64,000 bases of DNA from Protoeuglena noctilucae (taxonomy: Eukaryota). The notes under the pieces are model-generated. The model was given only the letters and a program-made list of their open reading frames with translations. It made no database searches and was not told where the DNA came from. How positions within the stretch are numbered: the first letter of the stretch is position 1; every line of letters begins with the position of its first letter. Positions 52,271 through 63,869 of the stretch are shown here, piece by piece. Where the stretch lies: contig OY253673.1 of NCBI GenBank assembly GCA_958009085.1, forward strand, positions 248,001-312,000, read 5' to 3'. Made by a program: the position numbers and the translations under genes.

Positions 52271-55200
52271 ATGGGCCATGCCCTGGGCTGCCACATTGGC
52301 CTCAGGAGGTGACGGATGGGGTCGATGCCGAGCGTCAATGCCTCATGATGTATGTTGCAGCTTCCATGCACGCTCGCCTGCGCATCGACTGGCCCCTGCC
52401 GACGCCCGAAGCAACGGAGCAGGACCCAGCCCACGCTGAGGCCTACTGGCACCGCGCGGCTACAATGTCGACCTTGTGGGGCAGCCTCCGTTCATCTCGA
52501 GTTACTCTTCATCTCGAGTTACTCTTCCCGGCGCAGGTACACGCCGCCCCATGGGCCCTCGCCGCGCTCCCTCGGGCGGGCGAGAGCTTCTGGGTTCAAT
52601 GGCAGGGGCCCGCCCCTGCAGCGGGAGCAGCTCCCGCGGCCCCAACCGGGTGAGAATGGTGTAGGTGTGTCGAGCTCTCATGGCGTGGTGCGGCATTCCA
52701 GCCCGGCCAACGGTGAGAGCCCTTTCCACCCCCGCAGCAGCAACGGAGCTGCGAAAGCCGCCCAAGCCGGCAGATGCGTCGCCGGGGGGTCCCGGAGAGG
52801 CCCGCTTCGGGACAAGTTATCGCAATGACGCCGATCCGGGGCCAGCAGGCTTCAGGGACTCTCGCGGGCAGGTTCCGCGGGAGCCCACGACGCTGGGCCC
52901 GCTCCCGGCCCCACCCAAGGCTCCTTCCTCGTCCCCCGACGCCCCCCGCGCCGCACCAGTCTACCCCCCGAGCCCTCCTGTGCGCGTCCCTGGTGGCCGC
53001 GGCCCTGTGCAAGTGCCTCCCGAGTGGCCCAGCCCGGCCACGGCTGCCGCACCTGACCTGGCCCCCTTTTGGCCACCGCCCGGGGCGCAACAGGTCCAGG
53101 CGAACACACCCACGCTCGCCGAGGCGTTGGAGACGAACCTGGGCGTGCGGGTGGGCGTCCCGGGTGAGGGGTGGCGCGCCTGGCATATGTAGGGGCGTAT
53201 GGGGCGTATGTGTCAATGCGCCCTTTGCTGGACTTGCCCACACCCCGCCTGCGTGCCCTTGCCGCAGAGCCGGAGGGCATCGCGAGCGTGGAGCCGGGTC
53301 AGCAGTACCGCATCCTCTGCCCCTTCTGCATGGGCGGCAGCTCGCGTGAGGCCTCCCTGTCTTTGCGCATCGACGACACGGGCCGTGCTGCGGTGTACAA
53401 CTGCTTCCGCGCCACCTGCGGCGAGTCGGGGACCGTCAGGCTCCGCGGGGGGCAGGTGAGGGCGCGTGGCTGCTTGGCCATCGGTGCCGCGCCGCGGTTT
53501 CTTGCCACGCCCTTTTGCATGGAAGCGGCGTGCCGTGGTCTCACGCTTTCGAATGGTAAGTAGCGTCACCTGGGCATCTGCAAATTCAGTGTTTCACTGG
53601 CTTTGCACTTCGACGCACCCGCAGTGGCAGAAGCTGGGCGACCCCGCGGTGCCTCAGCAGAAAGCCAAGGGGCAGCCCGTGCGGCCCAACGCGGGCCACC
53701 TGCGGCCCCTGGGGGAGGAGGCACTGAAGGTGACTGATGCGCGATGCATCATGGGCCATTGGTGTCGCAGTGAGGGCCTGTCGATGTCCTGTGGAGCCCC
53801 GTGCTCTCCGTCACTTCCTCGATGCCATTAGTCGACCGTATGGTGCAAGGTATCCATTCCACTAGTCCATGCCATCTACTCTCTCCCCTGTGCAGTTCTT
53901 TGCTGGCCGGGGCATCAGCGCAGAGGCCCTGGAGCGGTGCGGGGTGAGAGAGGACCACGGTGCGGACGGCAAGGGCGTCTACTGCCCATCCACGGGGGAG
54001 CTCGAGATCCCCATCGCTTTCGGATACTGGTGCGTGATGATGCTCGTGAGGTGTTAGTGGGTGGCAGTGGGTGCATGTGATGGGCGCGCAGGGTGCAACT
54101 GTCCGTGTCCTTTGCAAGGAAGCTTCACAGCTGAGAAACCCTCGCCCGCGCTTGTGCTTGTGCTGCAGGAGGGACGGGGACCTGGTGAACGTCAAGTACC
54201 GTCGATTGGGGAAGAAGGAGTTCTGGCAAGTCAAGGGGGCGGAGAAGGTGCTGTACGGACTTGACGACATCAAAGACACCGACGCGGGTGAGCGGGACAG
54301 AGCAGAGCAGATCTGGGGAGGTCATCTGTGTGGGCGCTGAGAGGGGTGGCGCGAGCGTAGAGAGGGGACACGCCTGTGCACGTTCAGTCCATGGGTCCAC
54401 ACCCCACAGCACGTTCCTTACCCCGCCCACGTTTGAACCATATTCGTATCTCCGCAGTGGTGATCGTGGAGGGCGAGATTGACAAGCTGTCTCTGACGGA
54501 GGTGGGTGTGCATGCGGCCGTGAGCGTGCCGGACGGGGCGCCAGGGAAGGTCAAGGACGACGTGCCGGACCCGGCACAGGACAAGAAGTACGAGGTGAGA
54601 CGCTAGCATGCATGGTAAAAGAGAGAAGGAGAAGTACGAGCTGAGTTTGCCGCAGCTACTAGAACTGTCCTTCACTGTGGTACGTCTGCAACAGCCCCAG
54701 CCAATCACTCTCACTCCCATCTCCATCTCCCTCGCAGTACCTGTATAGCAATTTCAATCACTCTCATCCCCATCTCCCTCTCCCTCGCAGTACCTGTGGA
54801 ACAGCCTTGCGTACCTGGACAGCAAGACGTCGGTCATTCTGGCGACTGACAACGACGAGCCGGGCCAGGCGCTGGCCGAGGAGCTCGCGAGGCGCCTGGG
54901 CCGCGAGCGGTGTTACCTCGTGGACTGGCCCAACGGGGGGCCGGACAGGCGGGAGGTGGCGAGGCTGGACGCCAAGGTGGCGGAGGCGGAGCGCATGGTC
55001 GAGGAGGCCAGGTGAGGGGGCGAGGGTGTTGGTGGGGTGGTTGCATGGTAGAGTGGTGGAGGCGGCCAGGTGAGATAAAGAGAGGGTGTTGGTGGCGTGG
55101 TTGCGTGGTCCAGGTGGCCAGGTGAGGGGCGAGGGTGTTGGTGGGGGGGTGGCGAGGGCGTTGCATGGAGGGGTGCGTTGAGGGTGGGGGTGAAGACTGC

Positions 55201-57711
55201 GGGGAGCTGTTGAGTGATGTGGGCCGTGGCTGGGTGGGTGAGGTGCATTGCAATGGACTAGAGAACAGGGCAAGTTTCTTGCATGCACCAGCACACGCGC
55301 TTCATGAGCACCACTGTGCCATGCGCCTGTTGTGTCCGTGACTCTGCAGGGCTGGATCCATGGAGAATGGCCCCGTCGATGCTTTGGAGGAGGAGCTGGC
55401 GATGCTGCGGAGGCGCGCCGAGGAGGCCAGGTAAGCCACGGATTTGATGTTTTGCGACATGGTATGTGGTTGTGATGCGGGCATGGTGCAGACGTGACTC
55501 GCGCAGCTGCTGCTGTCTGGCTCCTCTCCCCACCCCATCACAGCTGCCCCCTCCTCACCCACCCTAACACCCCTCTCGACCACCCCAGGCACCGCGACGC
55601 GGGTCCACGGAAGGACGCCAACGACGTGCTTTTGCTCGACGGCCCAGAGACGCTGCGCCTGCTGATCGACAACCCCCGCCCGTACCCTATCCGGGGCCTG
55701 TTCGGCTTCGACGACTTCGTGGACGACATCTATCGGTACTACGAGGCGGGGGACGAGAGCGGGGTCAGCACGGGGTGGGCGTCGCTGGACACTCTCTACA
55801 GGGTGGTCCCCGGGGAGCTGACGATTGTGACGGGCGTGCCCAACAGCGGCAAGAGCGAGTGGCTGGACGCCCTGCTGGTCAATTTGGCGCACGCCCAGGG
55901 GTGGACGTTCGCCATGTGCTCGATGGAGAAGAGCGTCCGGCACCACGCGCGGCAGCTGCTGGAGAAGTATGTGGGGAGGCCCTTCTTCGACAAGGCCATC
56001 TACAGGCGAGTAGTAGTTAGTAGTAGATAGTCTGGGGGGGGGGGGGGGTTGAGATGGGGATAGGGATGGGTCATTCTTTGATAAAGCCGTCTACAGAGGC
56101 GAGGTTTACCAGGCATAGGGATAGGTCAGTCGCGTCTTAGACTCGGGCCTGACACGCTCACTTGACCCCATCGCGCGCACCTCACCTCACCTCACCTCAC
56201 CTCACCGCACGCGTCTCATCTCCCCTTTGCAGCAAGGACAGGCAGATGCGGAGGATGACGCAGGACGAGCTGGACGGGGGACTGCAGGCGAGTGAAATTA
56301 GTGTCTGATTGTGTTGCCCATCAACTCTGTTTACTTAGCTAGTAACCCTACTCTCTCCCAGCCCACTGCCCCTTCCTCTCTCACACCATCTCTTCAGCCC
56401 CTCTCAACCCTACTCCCTCCCCACCCTTCCCCCTCCCCAGTGGATCTCCCAGCACTTCTCCTTGATCCGATTCGAGGACGACGCCCTCCCCTCCGTCGAC
56501 TGGGTCCTCGAAAAGGCGAAGAGCGCCGTCCTACGCTTCGGCATCCGAGGTCTGGTGATCGATCCCTACAACGAACTCGACCACTCGAGGGAAAAGTACA
56601 CGAGCGAGACCGAGTATGTGTCCAAGATGCTCACGCAGCTGAAGAGGTTCGCGCAGCACTACGACGTGCACGTGTGGTTCGTTGTGCACCCCAGGTGAGG
56701 GGTGGGGCCTATGGGTAGGGTGGGGTGGGGTGGGATGGGAGGTGGCATGTAGCAGGGGCAAGGGGCAGTGAGAGGGGTGCGGAGGGCAACGGGGCTAAAG
56801 CATGGCGCGGCGGCAACACACTGACGTCTCCGCCCCTTGCTGTGCCCATGCCTGCCCCTCTGCTAAACCCACGCCTGCACCTCTGCTATTCTCACGCTTG
56901 CCCCTCTGCCGTGGTGTTATTGCAGGATCATGCGTGACTGGCGCGGGCAGGCTCCGAACCTCTACGACATCTCCGGGTCCGCGCACTTCGTCAACAAGAC
57001 CGACAACGGCGTCGTGGTGCACCGGGTGCGCGACCCGGACGGGGACGAGAGGAAGAACCGGCAGGCGAGTGGCATGGGTGGGGTGGAGCATGGGTGATGT
57101 GGGTGACGGCAATTGGTGTGGGTGGTGCGGGGGTGGCGACCCTTCGGTGCTTGTGACGTTACAGACACAAAGAGACACAAGCTCGTCTCACGTCGCCCCC
57201 TCTGCAGGTCCAGATCCTGATCCGCAAGGTGCGCAACAAGGCAGCAGGTACCATCGGGGAGACCACCCTCATCTACGACACGCTCACGGGGAGGTACGAG
57301 GATGTGACGGGGAACCAGGTGGCCCTGCCGAACGACGGGAGGGCGGGGCAGGGGCCGGGCGGGGGCGGGCAGGGGTACACGGGGCGCGCCGGTGCGGGTG
57401 CCAATGCCGACGCTGCCCGTGCGAGCGCCGGAGCCGCCTTTGTGTTCCAGGTGCGGAGTGCTTTGTATCGGCATGCTAGTGTGCTGGTATAAAGGGCTCG
57501 GATCATGGCTGCGCCGCCTCGTGCTGTGCGATTGCTCTCCCACACCCGCATGCACACCCACATCCACTCCCACCCCCACCCGCACCCTCTCCCCCGCTTC
57601 CAGAATGGCAGCATGGTGCCTGGCGCTCCCCTGACCCAGGCACAGGAGGAGGACCTCCCCGATGACGACGACCTGGGCATGCCACCTGGGGCCATGCGAG
57701 CCCTGTACTGA
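52271..57711 (+). CDS. TWINKLE: Organellar Twinkle (T7 gp4-like) DNA primase-helicase
   Basis: Zn finger CPFC...YNCFRATC; TOPRIM VIVEGEIDKLS, LATDNDEPG, KDANDVL; SF4 helicase VTGVPNSGKSEW, VIDPYNEL, HVWFVVHPR, YDISGSAHF. The start is 52271 or the in-frame ATG at 52217. Confidence 0.95.
52491..52527. repeat. Perfect 17-nt tandem duplication just upstream of a splice acceptor
   Basis: ttcatctcgagttactc x2, followed by ttc. Confidence 0.9.
54702..54797 (+). repeat. About 53-nt tandem duplication that includes the splice acceptor of a Twinkle exon
   Basis: caatcactctca...ctccctcgcagtacctgt occurs at 54702 and at 54755. Confidence 0.9.
55003..55150 (+). repeat. Three imperfect ~55-nt copies, each carrying the donor GGCCAG|GTGAG
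   Basis: ggccaggtgag...gagggtgttggtgg is repeated three times. Confidence 0.85.
56034..56206. repeat. G15 homopolymer (56034-56048) and (CACCT)5 microsatellite (56178-56206) in a Twinkle intron
   Basis: Read directly from the sequence. Confidence 0.9.
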
Positions 57712-58289
57712 GATGCCTGCCCACCTCTTGCATCGCTGAGTGCATCTTGTACCTGTCAACGCAACACAACAGCGCGTCCAGGTTCCAAGGGGCGCGTTTC
57801 GTCTCATGCCGAAGGCCTAAGGCCACGCTCACTCAGTGTGGGTCGAGTGCTTTGTTCTGCGGTCACGCTGTCGCTTGCAACCCCACCCAAACGGTGGGTG
57901 CTCGGCTGCTTGTTGGCCTTGCAGTTGCAACTAAACTCCGTCGCTGTGTCTACCACCCAGGCTTGAATGCCTGGCGCTTTCCCTCGTTGCGCTGAGCGCA
58001 TGGAATGCCCTGGCTCCTACAAGCTCTTTCAAAACTGCAATGCGACGGCGTCTACGAGGATTAAGGCTCAACGACGCTTAACAACATAGCCCCACACATG
58101 TGCGGACGCAACGCACTGATTGTCAGGCCCACCAAAGCAGCAATGCCCCTCCCCACCAATGCTTACCTCATCCAGTTGTCACACCCGCTTCCTACCGCAT
58201 TAACGACGAGACAAGAGTCAAACACCATTCAAGCGTTTCAGAGCAAGCACCTCAACTGCCGTGCCCGCCACCCTTTCACTGCCCGCCCC

Positions 58290-61200
58290 TCACTGCTCGG
58301 CCATCCCGTCCACCTCCTCCGTCCCAAAGTCCAATGCCTCTTCCTCCTCATCCCGGCCACCCCCGCCGCCACCACCACCACCACCACCCTCATTCCCACC
58401 GTCATCACCCCCGTCGTAACCCCCACCCATGTCTCCCTGACCGTCGCCCCCGCCACTCGCGCCCCCGTCCCATCCCCCACTCTGCTCCGTCCCCTCACTA
58501 TGCATCTCCACATGCACATCCTGCTGCACATCCTGCTGCCCACCCGCACCCATATCTGCAGCACCCGCACCCGCACCCGCATCCACCCCGCCCTCTTCCG
58601 CACCCTCCCGCCGCTCCCCGCCGCGCTCCCCATCACCGCCCTCCTCCCGCCGCGCCCGCTTCTCCCTCGCACCCCACCCTTCCTCTTCCTGCCCCGCAGG
58701 ACCCCGCTTCCGCCCTTGCGGCGGCGACCCCCGGGACCCCGCCGAGCCCCGCCGGCGCCCATCCTGGCCCCCGCGGCCGCCCTCGCCCCTTCCCCGGCCC
58801 CGCCCGCGCCCCCCGGGCCCGGCCCGGGAGTCCATGGGACCCCTCCCGCGGTTGGGCGGCTCCAGAAGCCTCGCAGCCCCCGGGTTCGCGCGGGCAAAGT
58901 CAAACGGCAGGTACTTGTACCTGGCATGCGGGGCCTCGGTGCGGATACCTGCGGGAATGGCGGGGGTGCGAGGTCAGATGAGGCATTGCAGTCGGTGTGG
59001 TGCGCATATCACGACACCCTCCCCTACCCTGCCCACAGCCCTCTTCGCTCACACCACTCTCAAACAGCAGTCTCCCACTCCCTCCCACTCACCCGGGTCT
59101 GCGCCGTTGTCGAGCAAGAAGCGGATCGCCCCCATGTCCCCCCGCAGCGCTGCGACGTGGAGTGGCGTGGCCCCACGCAGGAGCATCACCGAGGGAGGGA
59201 CCATCTGGGCGGGCCAGTGGGCCCCGAGCGTGCCCCGGTCCATGTCGGCACGCGCGTTGACGTTGGCGCGGTAACGCAGCACCAGCAGCTCCACCAACTC
59301 CATGCTGCCGATGCACACGGCCTGAGGGTGGGTTGGAGGGAGCGAGGGTGTCGCTGGTGCGGGGCCAAGGGGTTTATGAACACGCACCTCGCACAGTCCA
59401 CGCTACATCGCTTTACTCATGCCACGCTCCCTCGTCTCACCCAACTCTCTCCTCACCCACTGCCCCCCACTGCCCCCCCTAACCCGCACCTCATGTCTCA
59501 CCTCATGCAGGGCCACGTGCTTGGAGGTGCGGTTGATGTCTCGGTGGGCGCCGTGCTCGAGCAGATCGACGACAGCCGCGATGGGCGCGCGGGAGCGGAT
59601 GAGCGCCACGAGAGGGTACAGGTCGGGGGACGCCCCCAGGCAAACGTCGATCTTGGGGTGGCGCTGCGGAGGGGACGAGGAGAGAGGAGAGTGAGCGGAG
59701 ATGGCGGTATGTAAGGCGATATGTAAGGCGAATTCCTCCTCTTTGATAATCAAACCAACGCCACTACTCTGCACCCGACCTGCCACCCCCTGCAGATGCG
59801 CTCACAAGCATTTCCCACTAGTCTACCTCCCTCTCCCACCAACCAACACCGCGCTGCCGACCACCGCGCTCACCAGCAGCTCCTTCAGCACGCCCTACTA
59901 CGATTTCAGAAACTACTCTACCTCCCTCTCTTACCAACCACCACCATGCGCTCACCAGCAGCTCCTTCAGCACGTCCTGCCACGCCACCTCGGACCCCCG
60001 CGTGCACGCCAGGATGAGCGGCGTGAGTCCCTTGTTGTCCTGGACGTTGGGGCGCGCGTTGGCGCGCAGCAGGAGCACCTGCGCCACGCCAGGCAGGCCC
60101 CCCTCGGCCGCCAAGTGCAGAGGCCGCTTCCCCGTCTCCCCGTCCCGGCACTCCACGTCCAACCCCGCGGCCAGCAGCGCCACCGCCGCCGCCGCCGCCG
60201 TCTCGTCGGGCGCGCGGATGGCCGCGTCCCACATCGCTCCGGCCACGGCTGCAGGGATGGCGATGCTGCGGTCCTCCGGGCCCATCCGCGCCCCGGCCTT
60301 GAGGAGCGCCTTGGCGATGGTAGCGTTGCCCATGGCGAGCGCCAGCGAGAGGGGCGTGACGCGGCCGTAGGGCGTGATGGTGTGCCTCAGGTCCAGCCCC
60401 GTGGCCGGTCGCAGCCGCAGCAGGACGTCCACGACGGAGAGGTGGTTCTCCAGGACGGCGATGAACTGCAGGGGGGTAAGTGGGGAAGGGAGTGGTGTGG
60501 GAGAGGAGAGGTGGGGGGCAGGAGAGGTGAGGGACAGGAGAGGTGCAGCTTTGGTTGGTGGGAGAGAGGGCTGGTGTGCCACCATCTGTGTGCAGTGCAT
60601 CCATGCCATGGCAGCGTGAATCATCGCAAGCCTTCTTGCGCTTCTCACCAGCGGCTCCAGTTTGAATTTGGGGTCCTTGGTCTGGACGAGCGCGTCCGCC
60701 CCCCGCATCAACAGCACCTCAGCCACGCGCGAGAGGCCCAGGGCGGCCGCCACGCCGAGGGGAGTCATGCCGTTGAAGATGCCGCCCACGAAGTGCTCGT
60801 TCAGATCCGCCTTGGCCTGCGGGTGGGCAGTGAGGGCAGAGGCATGGGCCAAGGCACCCGGTTACCAACCATAGCCACAGTGTCGACCAACTCTGCTCCT
60901 ACCCACCATCATTCAATCACCCCATCAGTCTCACTCACCATGGCCACCGTGTCGATCAGGTCCGCGTCCGGGTCCGCCAGCCCCGCCCCGTCCGTCTTGG
61001 AGGTCATGGCCGCGTGCAAAGGCGACAGGCCCGCCGCATTGCGCGCCGCAGCCGACGCCCCGGCCCCCACCAGGGCCTTGGCAGCCGCGGCCGCGTGCGC
61101 CTGGCACGCCACCATCAGCGCCGTGTTGCCGTCCGGGTCAGCCCCGTCCACCGCCACCCCAGGCACCGTCAGCTCGCGCTTGATGCCCGCCACGTCGTTG

Positions 61201-63869
61201 CGCGCCGCCGCATACAGCAGCTGGGGCGAGTAGCTGCCGCGCAGCACAAACGTCCCCGGCTCTGGGCCCGCGGAGGCCTGAACGCTCCCCGACGGCCACT
61301 GCGCTGCATCGGGCACTGCCAGGCTCATCGCGCTCACCACCTCCAGCTCCACGCGCAGCAGCAGGGCGTGGTCCCGCAGGTACCCCTGTGGGCGAGGGTC
61401 ACAGGGTTTTCGGTAACGAGGGGTGCGATGTTTTACACAACGCGTGCAGCCCGATGCATGTGCTGGAAAGACCAGTCCAAGGGCTCATTGCCCCATCGAC
61501 TTGTCTCCACACATGGCTGTACCTAACGAACAACCAACAGCATGACAACGACCACGCCTGCACCCCCTCCGCACCAGCGCCAGGGCCCACACACACACAC
61601 CCCACGCCGCCCCGCCTCTCGCCTGGTAGAGCACTTCGAGGGGCGCAAAGTGGTCCCATCCCGTGTGGGGCTTGCTCTGCTGCACCGTCTGCAGGATCTC
61701 CTGGGAGAGGCTTGGGCGGGACCCGTCCTGTGACACCGCTGAGACTTTGACTTTGATGTCGATGGGAGTGAGATCGCAGTTCTCCTCCCCCACCAGCGCT
61801 GCAGGGGAGAGGGGCCGGGGGCATGGGCGGGGGCGAGGGTATCGGTGCCGTCGGCATGGTGGTGAGCAGGGGCGAGTTGTGGAGATGGATGAGCATGTGT
61901 AGGCAAGCCTGTCGGTAGTAATCAAAACGAGGACAGGGACTGAGGCAAAGCGTACCTGACAGGAAGAGCCGCAGCACTCCCATCTGCTGCCTGGGCTGGA
62001 TGTCAAGACGCCAGGGCTTCTTCTCGAACCTGCGTTGGCATCGGGAACGAACCCCACTGACATGACAGGGCGTGGCTCGGGAAGGCCAACGAGCGAGTGT
62101 GATATGTTGGCACGTAGGCGTGTCGTTACGCAAGCGGCTCCATCTAAGGGCCGTCACCAGAACACCGGGGACGACAGCCAGGACGTGGGGATGCGGTCGA
62201 AGTTGGGAACGCGCCAATCAAAGACGTACACTGCGGAGAGATGAGAGAGGCGCTGCGGTGGCGACGTGGCCGCATCCCCTATGCACGCATGCACTGCTTC
62301 TGCACTCCGCTGCTGCCAGAGCTGCTGGTCGCTAGGGCCCTGCCGCGTGACAGAGCCGCATGCCAGTGCACGGGGCGCCACTGTGTGTCTGACGCACGCA
62401 CCCACGCGGCAGCTGGGGTCCCGGGGGTTCATGTTGTCGAGCTGGGTGAGGGCGGGGGCGCTGTCCTGCGCGTTCCGCGAGTCCATCGCGAGGTCCGCGG
62501 GGCCACGCTGGCCCAGAATCCCCGGCTCTGCTGCGACCTGCGACGACGCCGACTGACCCACCGCCTGCGGGGCGGTTGTGCCTGCCAGCCGCCCCGCCAC
62601 CACCGCCTGGATGACCGCGGGGTCCAGCCGGGCCAGCGCGTCCGCCGCGCTCAGCGCCGCGGACACCGCGGGCGCTGCCATCGGTGCCCCGCGCATCCCC
62701 GCTGCCGCCCCCGTGTAGCCGCCCACGCTGCCCATGCCTGCCTGTGCCTGGCCCATCGGCGCGTAGCCCCCCACGTTCGCCACCTCTCCCACCCGCGGCG
62801 CACGCACGGCGGGAGACTCGGGGCCCCGGGCGTCCACCGCGCCGCGTGCCATGCCGGTGCCTGGACCGTCAAACTGCACCCTGCGCCAACGTGGGGCGCG
62901 AACCGGCATGTCGCGCCTTGAGTGACTGCCACTGACCAGCAGGTCGCGTGCGACCGGCCCCGCGAGCACTGCTATGCATTGCGCTGCAATGTGCTCGCGC
63001 TGCCCCAGGTGACCCCTGGCAGTGCCGTGGGACCCTCTCGCACCCGCTGCCCAGCAATTCCTGCACCCTGTCATCACCTTTCGCCCACCACGATGGGCGG
63101 CCTTCGGTACTCGCTTGCACCCGCGCTGTCGTTGCCCTGCCAACCGGCCCCGTCCGCATCTGCACGGCCCCGCTGCGCCGAGTTGTCGCCGCGGCCCCTG
63201 TTGTTCTGCGCGCCCCATTCCCCTCGTCCGCCTCTTCCCCGATTGGAGCCCCCTCGGCCCCGGCGCTGGCCGTCGTTGCCGTCCCAGCCCCCGTCGGCTT
63301 GCCCGTACCCGCGGCCCCTGCCGCGTCCCCTTCTGCCTCCGCCTCTGCCTCCGTAGCTTTCCTGGCCGCCCTGCTTGGGCAGACAGCGAGGCGCGGGCGT
63401 CGCGTGAGGGGCATCGGAGGTACGCGGCGGGGAGGGAACCAACCGGCGGATGCTGTGGGGCGGCGCGCCCCGCATCGTGCGCTGCATATACAGCGCAAGC
63501 GCTGGAGAATGGTAGCTATGAGCACTGCGCTTTCCGTCAGGGAGAATCGGCATTGGCCGGGGCCGGAGGCGGGCGTGGCGGGGGTGCAACCATTGCGGCG
63601 ACCAAGTCGCCGGCTGCATCGCCTGGCGTGCGGCGGGGTGAGGTCTCCCCATCTGCCTCGACGCTCTCGGCGTTGTCTGCCCTCGGCGACAGGCAATCGC
63701 CCCGCGGAGGGCGACGAGGCGGCGATGCTCGGCCCCGCAGGCCGGAACGCCCACCAGGATGGTCACTGAGCCCATACACCCCCATACACCACCGCCCAGT
63801 GATCTCCACCTGCTCAGACTCCAGGGGCCTCGCTCCCACGGCTTCGGGATGATATCTTCCGCCCCTCAT
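58290..63869 (-). CDS. RGG-rich + MATH/TRAF domain + ankyrin-repeat protein with RGG/acidic C-terminal tail; start uncertain
   Basis: MATH-like VYVFDWRVPNF...SSPVFWFEKKPWRLDIQP...LFLS...GWDHFAPLEVL...GYLRDHALLLRVELEV, followed by ankyrin repeats (GNTALMVAC, GLSPLHAA, GMTPLGVAA, GKRPLHLAA, GLTPLILAC, GATPLHVAA). Confidence 0.82.
59822..59985 (-). repeat. Tandem duplication (about 85-95 nt period) covering an exon end and donor of the ankyrin gene
   Basis: tctacctccctctc...gcgctcaccagcagctccttcagcacg occurs twice. Confidence 0.88.

Noticed and set aside
54584..60000. CRISPR-like or transposon-derived arrays
   Set aside because: The repeats are 2-3 imperfect tandem copies without unique spacers, TIRs, TSDs or any transposase/RT ORF.
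6821..61233. Long antisense or alternate-frame ORFs (e.g. 6821-8338, 43130-44695, 58098-59714, 59701-61233)
   Set aside because: They are shadows of real genes caused by high GC; they are Arg/Pro/Ala-rich with no recognisable motifs.
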